Below, in pieces: positions 1 to 13,236 of a stretch of DNA of 64,000 nucleotides. Under the pieces are notes generated by a model. It did no database searches. It was not told the DNA's origin and saw only the letters and a list, made by a program, of their open reading frames with translations. Within the stretch, counting starts at the first letter, position 1, and every line of letters starts with the position of its first letter. A program made the translations under genes and the position numbers. This DNA is from Podarcis gaigeae (lineage: Eukaryota): the NCBI GenBank assembly GCA_964106915.2, contig OZ066918.1. One strand, 5' to 3'.

Positions 1-2575
1 ACCTTTTATTTAGACCATCCCAGGTCTACTTCTGGCATGTGTGAAAGAATGCTAAGGCAGCTATTTGCTTATTTTACCCCATGCTCCCAGGCGATGTTCT
101 ATAAAAGGGGGTCTCTGATCATTAGCTGCTGCCTTTCTGATTTATTTCCCATCCCAAGGCAGCAGTCTGAATGCATGGGAAGCTTGTTTTCAAATGAATA
201 AATGATGCTATCAGCTATTCTTTGAATTTGCTGTTATTTTGAGCAAAAGCATTCATGACATGTCTGAGATAACATACACAATGAGAAGCATACATATTTA
301 TGATGTGCTCATGAGCATGTTAAGCCTTGAATAAACCACATACAATGGAATTAATTGCTGTTATCTTTTAAACTCTCTTGGCCTCCTTCTCTGACCCCTG
401 AAGTCTTGAGATGTTTCCAACATTCCCAAATGCTCAACATTTTCTGCACATACGTCGTCTTGTAAAAAATAGCACAAGTAAGCCTGGATCTTCACAACCT
501 TGGTTGAATTAAAGATCAACTCAAATAGCATGGGGATCCTCATTGTCCCCCATTCTCTCTTGAAATGATGCTACCTGGTATGAGGTCTTTGTAATATGTA
601 GAATAATACTCCTACTGTTATTCTTTCTTTCTTTTCTTTTCTTTTTTTGAGAATGTTACACAGGGCAGAAATTGTGCCATTCTTTTTTTTAAGGTCTGAA
701 AAAATAAAAAGGTTGTGTGCCAAGGGTACACAAAGTTAGATGCCAGGAAAGCCTCTCTTAGGACACTACATTCCATAGCAGGCAGCCATAACAAAAAATG
801 AAAAAACAAAAACACACCTTTCCCCACAAGCCTCCTGTTGTACCTTACTTGGTGGGGCCATTCAGTGCAGGATCCTGAAATAAGATTTCATGGACTGGGT
901 AGGGATGTTTGGAGACATGTGGACTTTTGAGCGCTCTGGTCCCAAGCTATGAAGGGTGCTAAAGGTCAAAATTAGCACCATGATTGGGCCTAGAAATAAG
1001 CTAGGGATCCTCCCAGCTCTACAATTCTAGGATTCTATGAAGATGGCAAATTAGTGGCATGTTGTGTTCATATCACCCAGTCCCGTTTAACAGTTTCTCC
1101 GCCATATGCTCTGTTAACTGACATTTCCAGTCCATCTTCACAGGCAGACTCACATATAAAGCATTGCAGTACTTTGAACAGGAAGTTACCAGGGCATGAC
1201 TAAATGAAGCAAGGCCAGCTCTGTCCAGGTGGGGTCCTAGGTGATGTTCTAGTTTAAGCTGGCAAAAGGCAATCTAGGTCATAGAGGCTAATAGGTTGGT
1301 GGTCTTGTGAAAAAATGGCCATTGGTTGGGATTGATGAAAGCTGGAGTCCAACAACATCTAGAGGGTACCATGTTGGCTCTCTCTGGCCTAGTCCATACT
1401 CACAATAAGTTGTCCATCTTCTCTACTGTATGGCTGTATGTGAATGCACCCATGCTTCTAGCACTCATACATTGCAATTTTACATTTCAAAAAGGAAATG
1501 AAGAAATTGTTGTTACTCTCTACTAATTCTATTCCCAGAATAGCCACAGCCTTTTGCAGCTACATTGGAAACATCTGGCATTATGTATGGAGTTTGTGCT
1601 GGAGGGAGAGAGCACAAATTCCCAGCAGCTGATGGTCCTAGGCCCAGTGCATTGAGCTTGGCCTTCTGTTCATTCTTCATTGCAGCCCCAGAGAAACAGC
1701 AAACAGGATTTGGGGTGAAGTCAGACCACCAACTGTTGGGTTCTGTCAGTAACTCACAGAGATCTCCATCAAAGCTCAAATCCCAAATGCTGAATGAAGA
1801 AAAAGGAATTGGCCAGCAGGGTCAGGGGAAACAGGAACTGTTAAGCTACTGGAGCCACTTTAGGGCTAAAGGTTGCATGAAGCTGCTTAGGGCACTTTAT
1901 GGCTTTTAGATGGGCTCAAACTGTTTAAGCTGATTTAAAGCTTTAGATCAGTTTAAGTTCTCTGTGCCTTAGGGTTTAAGAATTTATCAATCAAAGTCTT
2001 TTATGTTGTTTTGGAAGCAAGAATGTTTATTTTGTAGCATTGCAAATCAATTAAAGCATTTTTATTACAATTACGATATCTCAATACATGTCATATTAAA
2101 TAAAGTAAGGTAGCAGTCTAAGAAACAATGTAAAGCATGTAATGTATTGTTTGTGAGATAATTGTTAAAACCTTCACTCCTTTCCAGCGACCCTCTGAGG
2201 CATATGTGGAAGCTCCCTTGTGCCCAGGGAGCATTGTTTCACTGTCAGGGATATTATTTTAATTTTCATAATCATTGCTTATAAAATATTAATCTGTTAC
2301 TTTAATTTGGAGGCAAATTTTAATTAATTTTCAACAGTTGCATAAAGTATCTACTGATAATCAGATGAAAGCAAAGCATTTGTGGTAGAAAGCTCAACTT
2401 CAACCTGCCTGCCAAAAGTTGGTGCTAACAAAAAAGAATTGGGGGGGGGGGGGAATTAGTTTACATCCAGCATGTATCCAGGAAAAGAAAGTTCCACAGT
2501 TGCAGGGTAACCTTCAAGAACACCATCTGACATGCTGTTACTGTCTGGGACCCCAGTGGGGCACAGAATGTAAAA

Positions 2576-2712
2576 CAGGGTGGCTAACCTCTGGTCCTCC
2601 AGTTATTGTTGGACTCTAGCTCTTATTAGCCCCAGCCAGCATGACCAATGGTCAGAGTGAAGGGGATCTGCTGTCTAACAACATCTAGAGGGCCACTGAT
2701 TAACATTCCCTG
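2576..2712. mobile_element. Degenerate palindromic hAT-type MITE (~137 bp family)
   Basis: CAGGG...CCCTG ends; cctccag..tgttggact / aacaacatctagagggcc arms similar to the 51291-51426 copy. Confidence 0.65.
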
Positions 2713-5700
2713 GTGTACAGGATGCTTCTGTTCAGAATAGTGATGGAAAGGCTGCAGATTGGAATAAAGAGGCTCAGGCTTAAGAATTGCCTATGCTATG
2801 CAGGACTTCCACTGACAGGACTAGTTAAGAGTCCTGTGCCATATATTGCAATTTTATTACCCCAACACACACAAAGAGTTAAATACTGAGGAAAATACCA
2901 CAAGCAAAACTTTAAATATTGAGATGCCAAGTAATAATGATAACGAGGTTGGCTGGGGCTCCCCTTTAAAATAAGTTGGTAGGCTGGGCCTGCTTGAGCC
3001 CCACACTACTCCCCCCACAGAAGCTTACATATGGACATATGTCATCACTGGACAAACATTTCCATAGAAGATCAGGGGCACAAGGAAGAAACACTGCCTC
3101 TTCTCTGCCTTTGAAAAAGTTGTAGATTCCAGGTGTTCCAAGCACTGATGCAGTACCACTGAAGGAATATTACTCTGGTGCAGGAATTCAAGTAGCTCAG
3201 TCAGCTCTTGTTGCTAGAACCAAGTTGCTAGCAATGTATTCCTGTTACGTGTCATCTTCAAACATGCTTATCTTTCTTCCCCTTCTTGACAGTTATATGA
3301 ATGTGCTGGACAGTCCTGTATCTGTATCAAGGTTACATCAGTGCAAAAGGTCAACTTGGTATTTCCTCCCATTTTGACATTGATTAGGTGTTCCTTGTTG
3401 AGTTTAGCTTTCCAGCCAACTCTTTAACGTCAACATTTGAGCTGTCAAGTCTGTCCAGAAAGGTGCTATAACCTTGCAGCTGTGCTTGGCATGCCACCCG
3501 TTTTTGCAATGTTACACTGACCCAGCTGTCATAGCTGTTGGCACACTCCAGCCTATGTCTTGGCTCGGCAACTCTTAGGTGTGGTAAGTGAATCCCTACT
3601 GAGAATCTACCATAACTGGAGTTCAAAATCTATCAGAGGAAGTCTTGCTCCATCAGAAAAAAAGGTAGAAGTTCAACTATTTGAGGATTCAGGCGTGCTC
3701 TGAAGAGCATGCACTTATTTGAAATACATTTATTTTGCAAGGTGCAATGGTAGCTTTGGGGGCAATGGCCACTTTTGCTTTTGGGCCAAACACGCCCTCC
3801 CCAAATTTATAGATGGTGTGGATAATGTAGGCAGATGCAAAGGAGGACAGGGATCCTGCAACTTTAATTGCTGGGTGGAGGAGGGAATTTCTGCTGAAAC
3901 TCTATTTTACAGAACTGTTAGAGGTGCAGGAGCTCCGCCCTCTTTAGAATCTGGCCACCCTAGTTTTGGTTGACTGACCTGCAAATCCATTTGTGAGGAA
4001 GCATTCTGGTATGTCCCAGGTCTCCTGAATTACTGGGGATCCCAGCATGCCTCAGGGAAGAGGGAGATGGGTTCCATTGCAGTGTGCCTGGGATCTGTCT
4101 TGCCTTGCTGCTCCCACCTGGGACCTGGGTGGCATTGCCCCTAGAAGCCAATGAGGGGCTGTGGCTGGGGGCCTGGTTTGGACCAGAGTGAAGACTCTGC
4201 TTTGTCTGGTCCGACCACAGGAAATAAACAAAGGTATGCTCAGGAATATCCTCAGCCTCATTGCCAGCATCCCCACCCATCCCACCCTCTTTTGTAGTTG
4301 ATTATTTATAATTTTTGGGAGGAGTTCTTGGGATGACTTGTGCAGAATATGGCTGTGCATACGGGTCAGTCTCTGGTTAACAATGACCTGTGAGGGTTTT
4401 GCCTTCCCCATTATATGGCTTCTTTTGTTACAACTTTGCTCTGTTTGGGGAGGCATTGGGCAGGGTCCATAGCCGGGTTAAGCAGGGGATGGGCACCCTG
4501 CTTCTTGCTGGAGGGGGATTCCAAAGTGTCTTGGGGTGCTGCTTATCAGCTGTAGCCAAAGCTCAGGGGGCTGTAGGGCCCCAGTGCCCCCAAGTTGTCT
4601 GAGGGGGCTCTCAACAGTTGTTTCACAATGTGGCAAGCCCAAAACATTGGACCAACTTCCCATTGGAAGGCCAAGTAATTGGGCTAGGTTGGAGACATCA
4701 ACTAGCAGATGTACTATTTGATGATAACACCCTTGCCCAATGCCATGCCGAATGGAGGGCTCTCTAACCAAAGCTGTGGCCTTTGTTAAACCCACCCAAA
4801 TTTCTGAGCAGTTTATTGCTATAGGACCCTTTGCCTTAGCTGTACATGGGCTCACAAACAGTATATCCTTTCTGAACAACTGCTGTATACATAGCATTTT
4901 ATGCACCTGGTAGAAATAAGTGATTTTTTTTCAGATCTTGTGATAAAATATGTTCAGCATTATAGGTGCTGGGTTATTACAGAAGTATTTTAACACAACC
5001 AAAGAGCTAAAAGATTAACACGATGACTACTTCCTAAAATAGCCTTAATCCACAATTTATAAACTGCAGATGAAAGATCTGCACCCGCCAAATGTACATA
5101 TATCTGTTGCCTAGTGCTTCCGCTGCTGCATGCCAACTTATAAGGCAATTATGCAGAGGTGAACCACATTAGACAAATAAGAGCTGAATGGTTATGATGA
5201 GGATGTGCACAGAGATGTATAGTTTGGCAATGTGTATTACTATGCATAGGGATAAATTGCTTCCTCTCAGTGGTAATTACTTTAACCTGGATTGGCTGCG
5301 GCTGTTTTGCCTCCCTCTTGGCAATATTTGTTCTGCTCTCGACTCAGAGGCTCTAGTGCAACAAATTCCACTATATCTTTTTTTGTACGGTATACACTTT
5401 CTGACATCAAACAATAAACACAAGACTAGAAGACTCTGTAGGGTTTCATCCGTATTTTTTAAGGAGAAGCAAACAGATTGCAGCAGGGCTCTGCTGCAGA
5501 TACTTAACAACAGCTGCTGATGTGTAAAAATGCTAATAAGCTCTAGCAGCACCTGTGGTGCAGTCAATATATCTAGCTTCAGCTATAGGTCTTGCATTTG
5601 GGCAGTAAGCATGTTTCTAGCAAGCCAAAAGCCTGGTGTGAAGAAGCTTTCTTAATTTTATACCACAGCAAACTGTGGTGAGATTGGGGCAAGGACCTTT

Positions 5701-6009
5701 TTAGTATCTTCCAGCTTTGGGCACCAGGAATGATAAATAATATTTAGACCTAGCTACCATTAAAACAGTAAATCTGTGGCTTGGCCATAGCACTTCAGGC
5801 TGCAGATTGGGGTTTGCACAGCTTTGTAAATTGCTTAGAGGTTCTGTTAATCAAGCAGCATATACTTTTTCCTAAATAAATCTCAATGCTCCTCCATATG
5901 CTCCCCTCACTGGAAATAAGAGTAAAATCTGCACATGGAAACTAGACATCAATGAAAAGGCTAAACTAGAACCCTTCTGTTTGATGTGCTAATGAGAACC
6001 AAGATAATA

Positions 6010-6115
6010 CAGTAGCTAGAGAGCTTGACTTAAGGGAGACCTGGGTTCAAATTCCTACTTGGTCATGAAACTGACTGAGTGAGTCAGTCACCAGCTCTCT
6101 GCCTCACCTACACCA
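6010..6115 (+). mobile_element. Degenerate tRNA-derived SINE (MIR/Squam3-like)
   Basis: B-box gggttcaaattcc followed by a core similar to the reverse of the 37061-37200 copy. Confidence 0.55.
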
Positions 6116-6806
6116 TGGTGTGTCCAAATGTGTTATTTTACATATAAACTGGCTTATGTAGAATGCAAAGAGGCATTTCAGGCAGATGATAGTATATGTC
6201 ATATTGGAAGATTAACAAGTAAATGAACCTTGATGTTGTAGCTGATGTTACTAAATATGGGGATAGAGTTGGTTTCTGGGTTTGTTTCAGAGTTTGGTGC
6301 TTGTGTTTGTGTGGCTCTTAGGTGTCCTGTTGTTGGTGAGCAGCTGTTCTAGGTTAGGGGACTGTATGAAGTCAAGGAGGGGCCTACCATTCTAAGACCT
6401 CAAAGAAGGAAGTATCCAAGATGGGACCATAGATCACTGATGCACAACGTTGGAGTGGCTTTGGAGTTGTAGACTAGATGAGTGCTTCTATTGGACCATA
6501 ACAGCATAGCATTTATTCTTCTTTTAAACAAATAGTAAGAAGACTTTTGAATAGTGCCTGCATTGTGGCCATGAGTATGCCATTGTTCACTGCTGATGAC
6601 TGGTACCATGACATTCTCATGACCTCTGCCTCTATGATACTCACAATTCCAGCAAGAGCAAATTGTGGCTTGTGTGCAGGAAGTTGTAATGTGCTCTGGA
6701 TTCTTCTTGCAACAGAAACATTTGGGGAAAACATATTTGGATTCTCTGTAACAAATGGGTAGCAACTGCACTTTCCTTGCACAATAAATTGCTTGGAAAG
6801 TTTGTC

Positions 6807-7037
6807 TTAAATTGTGGTGCCCAGAACAGGTTTGGTCTGGCCAAGGCGGAATAGAATGGTACTATTACTTCCCTTGATCTGGACACTATACTTCTGTTGA
6901 TGCAGCCTATAATAGTAGTAGCTTTTTTTTTTTTTTTTTTGCTGCTGCATCACACTGTTGACTCGTGTTAAGCTTGTGGTCCACCAAGACCCCTGGATCC
7001 TTTTCACATATACTGCTAGTATGCCGGGTGTCCCCCA
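6807..7037 (-). mobile_element. CR1 LINE ORF2 fragment
   Basis: Minus-strand [24 protein letters not shown], homologous to the 22.9-23.6 kb copy; interrupted by a poly-T run. Confidence 0.85.
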
Positions 7038-7744
7038 CCACACTGAATCACTTTGCTTTATTTTATACCTTTATATATTCCCCATTCAACAAAAGTCCTC
7101 CGAGTGGCTCACAGTTTGTAAAGTACGTTTTATGAAGTATTCATAAGAGGCAGTGAAATGAGTGTAACCTTATATATAGTTTATCTCCATCTGTTGCCTC
7201 TGCTTTATAATATATGTTTGTGTGTGTTTTCTTAGCTTCATCTGTGTTTGATGAAGCTCAAGTTTGGTTCGCAAAGATATAATTAGCTCACTGCATAGCA
7301 ATATGATTGCAACGCAAAGCAGTCTTTCTGCAGCACATTCCTATTACCCTTGCTAAGTGAAGCATGAGAATGAAGCAGAGCAAATGACACCATCAGCTTC
7401 ACTAGATAATTGCGAACCCCAACCTCATGCTTGGCAAAAAGCTTATCTACATTTAAAAGTTAACATGACTCCCATGCAGAATGAAATTACCTGCCTGCTT
7501 GTGTAGATGAATGCTCCTCATCATGCTGGTCATAACTTTCTGTGCTGCTCTTTGCCATAATATTTAACCGTACTGCAATATTGTATTTTGGAACAAAATT
7601 AATAGCCTTAACTCCTATGTGTGTTTAGTTTACTCAGAAATAAATCAATTGCTGTTCCAGGGTCCTAATTCCCAGAGAGGTATGCTTAAAACTGCAGTCT
7701 TAGGACACAGTGGCACTTATTTCTTAGTAATCATGCATAGGATT

Positions 7745-8019
7745 CAGGGCCAGTCCAGGAAGCTTTTGGGTGGGGTAAAACAGAAAAGGCCACCCCTGCC
7801 TCCTCCTCCTCCTCTGCCTGCCAGCAGCCACGTACCCACTGCCATCCTGCTGCCACCTGGTGGTGGGCACATGGCAGACGGGCATGCAGCAGCGGGTGCA
7901 TGGCGGAATAAGAGGTGGCCCACAAGTACAGGAGGCAGATCTGCCACCCCTTGCAGCTGTCCAGAGCCTGCCACCTTGAGGCCACTGTCTTATCTCACCT
8001 CTTGGGCAGACGGGCCCTG
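7745..8019. mobile_element. Non-autonomous hAT element, 275 bp
   Basis: TIR CAGGGCC...GGCCCTG; perfect 8-bp TSD ATAGGATT at 7737-7744 and 8020-8027. Confidence 0.85.
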
Positions 8020-8114
8020 ATAGGATTTGCTCTGCAACAAGTGAAAAAGCTCTGTCATGGAAAGGAGGCATTTAATTGCAACTACTGGTAGCCTTTGAGT
8101 TCAACAGATGGGAA

Positions 8115-8118
<4 letters not shown>

Positions 8119-8164
<46 letters not shown>
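8119..8164. repeat. (GA)n microsatellite
   Basis: About 23 perfect GA units. Confidence 0.95.
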
Positions 8165-8167
<3 letters not shown>

Positions 8168-8732
8168 GTTAAATCTGTGGTGTTATATTAGTTAATAGGT
8201 AAATTTAGGGAAGAAAAATCAACCAGACAGATTAAGCTAAATCATTATTTGTAAAGATAAATGGAACATGAAAGGAGGGCTTGGTCCTTACTGATGGGCA
8301 CCTTGTCACACAGAATAACTTTGAAATCCAAAATGTATTTCTTGCATATTGATGATGCATGCAAACTCTCTCCAGATGACTCCTGATGCAGGAGAGAAGG
8401 AATGCAATCTTAAAGTAATAATATACCACCCAGATTTTTACATAAAGCACACCAAGTCCTTCTGTAGCACAAGCTCAATAGTAGAAATAAATGAGGCTGC
8501 CAGGTTAACGTAGTTGTGTTTGATGTAGTGCGTGTGCGCGCGCGCATGCATGTGCACACACTTATAAGCATAACCCCTCCATCTTATCAATTATATGCTA
8601 AAACACCTGGATTGATTCTAGGCCATCTGCTTCAGCTATTTATGCAGATCCTAGGGCACTAAGAGCATAGTCTGTGACTGTAGCTATACACCACATACCC
8701 AGATTCCCAGCTCAAATCTCAGAATATCACAG

Positions 8733-8876
8733 TCATAGAATTATAGCCATGGAGTTGGAAGGGACCGTGAGGGTCATATAGTCCAACCCTTCAATGCAGG
8801 ACTCTTTTCTCAAAATGGTGTTTGAACCCACAACTCTGAGATTAAGAGCCTCATGCTTTACCAACTGAGCTACCCC
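8733..8876 (-). mobile_element. tRNA-Lys-headed SINE with CR1 3' tail
   Basis: Minus strand ggtagctcagttggtaaagcatgaggctcttaatctcagagttgtgggttcaaac (tRNA-Lys-CTT-like) joined to gggttggactatatgaccctc..cccttccaactc..ttctatga (CR1 3' end). Confidence 0.85.
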
Positions 8877-8991
8877 AGAGTCTTGGACTTTCAATTGCAC
8901 TGAACCAACACCCTTTTCCTCTTGGATGACAAGAGCTGAGCATCTCCTACCAAAGATCAGTTTGTGAAAATACTTACTTTCTCTGTTCCAG

Positions 8992-9171
8992 CTCATCAGT
9001 GATGGTGGTGTGGTCTACGCCGAAGCACTCTGGGATCATGTCACCATGGATGACCAAGAGCTGGGCTTCAAGGCTGGTGATGTCATTGAAGTAATGGATG
9101 CAACTAACAAAGAATGGTGGTGGGGCAGAATAATGGACAGCGAGGGCTGGTTCCCAGCCAGCTTCGTACGG
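8992..9171 (+). CDS. ARHGEF4: ARHGEF4 (Asef) coding exon, SH3 domain
   Basis: ttccag| [60 protein letters not shown] |gtaag; 180 nt, phase 0; matches the ARHGEF4 SH3 domain. Confidence 0.95.
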
Positions 9172-9773
9172 GTAAGAACTATTCACTGTTTTTAAAAATT
9201 CATTCATTAATAGCAAACTCTTTCAAGAAAGGGGGCATTTTGAGAAGAGAAGCACTTTTCCTGTAGCTTCAGTAACTTCTAGCAGTTGAGGCATTTTTAA
9301 TATTATTTAGTGATCAGTAGCAGCCACTGGGTATGTGGACAGATGGGAGTGTTTTGCTACCTTAAATTTGGGCTCCTCCACCCTTCCATTTGTCCCATGT
9401 TTTCTTCTGCTTGTCCTATACTTTCTAGGTACAGGTCCAAAAGGTTTTTCTTTTGTCCCACTGCTTTCCCCAGGAAAACCCACTGTTTGCGGCTTTTGGG
9501 TGCTTGGTTGTGGGTTTTTTTGTGGGAATTGTATTTTTTTGTTTTATTATTATTGAATCTGTATCTTAAATAGTCGTTCTGTAAGTAGCCTTGGGAGATG
9601 GAACAGAACTTAAGGCCAGATTCATATTCCAAGTCTAGGAGTCACAAACTAGTTGGAACACTTGCTGTAAGCTCCGCCTTCCAGAATGTTCTTCTCCCAT
9701 ATTTTGACCTAAGCAATAAGTTGTTGTCCTGCCTTTGCTTCTATATGATGGGAATATTCCTGTTTTGAAACAG

Positions 9774-9968
9774 CTCCGAGTGAACCAGGATGAACCGATG
9801 GAAGACTATCCTTTGAAGTTAGAAGATGGCAGGGAAGAAGACTCAAGAAATGCTGCCCACCGTTATGGAGTGGGGCAAACAACTAAGGACCAAATGAGAA
9901 CCAATGTTATCAATGAAATCCTAAGCACGGAAAGAGATTACATCAAGCACCTGAAGGACATATGTGAG
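9774..9968 (+). CDS. ARHGEF4: ARHGEF4 coding exon, SH3-DH linker and start of DH domain
   Basis: aacag| [12 protein letters not shown]...[28 protein letters not shown] |gtaac; 195 nt. Confidence 0.95.
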
Positions 9969-10843
9969 GTAACAAGTCACACAGATAAAAGAAGTTCAGA
10001 AGCTGAATTTTAGAAATATGTTTGAAATATGGAACTCTATAGGAGTTCCTTGAAAACCTTGATTTCATCGAGTTAAACACGACATAGTTGCTCTAAATGT
10101 GGTGTCCTCCAGATGTTGTTGGATTACAACGCCCTCCATCCCTAGACATTGGATGTGGTGAAGAGAGTTGAGTCCAACATCTGGATAGCACCAGCCTTGG
10201 GAAGGTGATCTACTTCAGTGGAAATGGTTTTGGTCAGACTCGATCAGCAAGTTCCTTCAAAAGCTCCATATAGAATTCCTATCAACTGTAGTCTTTTATT
10301 CTACTATTGAATCATATATTTTTCCACTTACAACATTAGAACATATTGTCCAGCATAACCTTTGGTCACAGAGGAGAAAGTGAAGTGTCACTAAAATGCA
10401 CACATTTGCCTTTTGACTTGGGTGTCACAAGACATTAAGTTTTAGCAGCTTCTAGGAAAATCATAAAATGCAAATGGAACATTTTTGTACATCTTTCTGA
10501 GTTCCTTAAAATTGTAGAGTGTTTCTTCTGCATGTCACCCCAGAAGCAGCTTAGCTTTACTTCACTGGAGAATTCTGTGATGTCTGCCTCTAGTGCTGCA
10601 TCTCAAAGTAGAGGCATTATCCTTTGCACTGGTTGCCTGAATATTGCATGCAGACATCAGAAGTATTTTTGTTTCTGCAGTAATCATCATTTTCATAGCA
10701 GGTCCATAATCTCTGAGGTGCTTTAGCACCATCAGATTGCTCCATCAAGCTGTTAAACGTATTGCCAAGGATGAGTTGGGCTGCAGTTCTCTTTGGTTTT
10801 GTTTCCCAAGAAACCTGAATCATAAAACAGTACTTGTTTACAG

Positions 10844-11023
10844 GGCTATATAAAACAATGCCGTAAAAGAGCAGACATGTTCACAGAGGAGCAGCTGAAG
10901 ACAATCTTTGGGAATATTGAAGACATCTACAAGTGCCAGAAAAAATTTGTTAAAGCACTGGAGAAGAAATTCAACAAAGATTACCCACACCTCAGTGAGG
11001 TGGGCTGCTGCTTCTTAGAATAT
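10844..11023 (+). CDS. ARHGEF4: ARHGEF4 coding exon, DH domain
   Basis: tacag| [60 protein letters not shown] |gtaag; 180 nt. Confidence 0.95.
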
Positions 11024-11849
11024 GTAAGTTGACAGCTGAATTATGTGGGAAAGTATTGACATTATTCCTGTTATTGTGACTACAGAGATGGTGATTACAT
11101 TTGAACATTAGGCTTGGGAAAGGGAGGGAGTTGAGGGAGGTAAGTGGGTCTAGGATTAGAGTTTACCTGGACATGTTTTGTTTATAAAATTGCTGCGCCA
11201 CCCTTAGAACAATAGTTGTTACTACCTTAGTTGGACAAGCCGGATCAGTGCTTAGTTGTCCCTGGCAGATCTACTTTTGACTTTATCTCTTATCTCTCTC
11301 TTTTTAAACTGATCCCTTTTTCCACAATTTAATCTCACTACAGGGCTTCTCTTGTTCTGTTTCATGTGCCTCTTCTGCCTATAGCCAGCCTCTGGATATT
11401 TCACTTCCATTTAGTTGTTGCCTCCCTCCCTCCTCTTTTTTTTGTGCTTTTAAAATAACATCTTGTTCCCTGTGTTCTTCCTTCCTTCACCTGTTCTGTT
11501 TGTGATCTTTGAAGCAGGGATCCTTTCTATCATTGTTTTTTCAAGTAAAAAGCTATATTTTTATAGATCAGAAATGTAATAGTATAAATGTTGACTTATA
11601 TGAAATGTGACTGAATCAAATCTGGGATGTGGCACTAATGGATGAAATCACTGAAAAACTAGGTGAACGAAGAATAAAGAAAGAGACAATTTCCAATAAG
11701 TGTCTCTTTGACCTTATTGTATATGCATATACAAAAGAGCATGCCTGTTGACCACCAACCAGCAATTCACAGCAAATCATGGACTTCTCTCTACCATCTC
11801 TCAGTAGGCTGACTTTCAAGCTATTTGTTGACATCCATTTGTCTTGAGA

Positions 11850-12215
11850 GACAATGGAATGTGCCTCCGGGGGTGAAGTCAAACTGCAGCGTGCCCTCCC
11901 CGGGACACAAGCATTGTCAGTATGTATGGAGGTCCTGGGCTACCCAGGCGACACAGACCCCCTTCTTGGCCTCGCTAATGTTGTCCAAAGCAAAGCAGAG
12001 CAATCCATTTGGCCCCAGCTGGGCTGCAGGAGTTGCCAGAAGGAGGGGGTACAAGGCATCACTCAACTGTCTTGGGGACTCCTTTCTGGATTTGTGTAGG
12101 GCTTAAGCCTTAGCCTTTTCTTCTCCTGAAGATATCCCACAAGGCAATGGAGGTTTAGGATCAGAGCATTTCTTCTCCTAAATTGGCTACCTTCCCAAGT
12201 CAGCGAGCCCCACCT
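11850..12215 (-). mobile_element. Possible RTE-type LINE 5' fragment
   Basis: ttctcctaaattggctaccttcccaagtcagcgagcccc resembles a recalled lizard RTE-like 5' terminus; family assignment is weak. Confidence 0.35.
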
Positions 12216-12414
12216 GCTCTTTCAAACTACAGGTTTTTTCTGTTTCTCTTGTATGAATCTGTTCTTCCATGGGAGGATGGGGGGAGAATTTATTGAATTT
12301 TATTGTTCTGTATAACACCCATGAAAGATAAACAAACAGTTAAAATAATAAATGTACTACTATTGGTAGTATTATTATTAGTAGTAATAATATATATTTT
12401 TGCTTCCAATTTAG

Positions 12415-12647
12415 CAAAACGAGTTCCAGATCTATTCTGAATACTGCAATAACCACCCCAATGCCTGCATGGAGCTTTCCCGACTCACCAAAGTGAGCAA
12501 GTATGTTTATTTCTTCGAAGCATGTCGCCTGCTTCAGAAGATGATCGACATCTCTTTGGATGGCTTCCTCCTGACTCCAGTGCAGAAAATTTGCAAGTAC
12601 CCCCTGCAGCTTGCAGAACTGCTGAAGTATACCAACCCACAACACAG
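12415..12647 (+). CDS. ARHGEF4: ARHGEF4 coding exon, DH domain
   Basis: tttag| [21 protein letters not shown]...[30 protein letters not shown](R) |gtacg; 233 nt, ends in phase 2. Confidence 0.95.
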
Positions 12648-12976
12648 GTACGGATGATTACAAAGGGGCAGGGAGGATACATATCCTGTCTCAGATGCAG
12701 CCATCCTAGTTTGTTCCTTCTTTTGATACTTGTAAAAATTAGTTGGTAGTAACTTGAGCAGACCTTTCTTTATGGTTTTGTCTAGGTCCCATTTTGTTTT
12801 TGTGACCTTCCAGTGATCAAATAGGCTTTTTCTCTGGAACGTGCAAATGGTCAAAGTTTCTGCAGCTAATGTCCATCCAGGGGATGGCGGTTTTGCTGAT
12901 GCAACAAAGCTTAAGCAGGTCTGATGCTGGTTATGGAAGCTGCTTCCTCCAGATACTGAGGGTGTGCCTGTAATTA

Positions 12977-13236
12977 CTGTATTTTTTGCTCTATAAGACT
13001 CACTTTTTCCCTCCTAAAAAGTAAGGGGAAATGTGTGTGCGTCTTATGGAGCGAATGCAGGCTGTGCAGCTATCCCAGAAGCCAGAACAGCAAGAGGGAT
13101 TGCTGCTTTCAATGCATAGCGATCCCTCTTGCTGTTCTGGCTTCTGAGATTCAGAATATTTTTTTTTCTTGTTTTCCTCCTCCAAAAACTAGGTGCGTCT
13201 TGTGGTCTGGTGCGTCTTATGGAGCGAAAAATACGG
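12977..13236. mobile_element. Tc1/mariner (pogo/Tc2-like) MITE
   Basis: TA|CTGTATTTTTTGCTCTATAAGAC ... GTCTTATGGAGCGAAAAATACGG|TA terminal inverted repeats; internal gtgcgtctt repeats. Confidence 0.85.

Noticed and set aside
8805-8876. Functional tRNA-Lys(CTT) gene
   Set aside because: The acceptor stem is broken and the sequence runs into a CR1 tail, so it is a SINE head.
1-8991. Upstream ARHGEF4 APC-binding-region exon (...EQLAINE) or an alternative first exon
   Set aside because: I found no matching exon; the region is treated as intron. A short or non-coding exon cannot be excluded.
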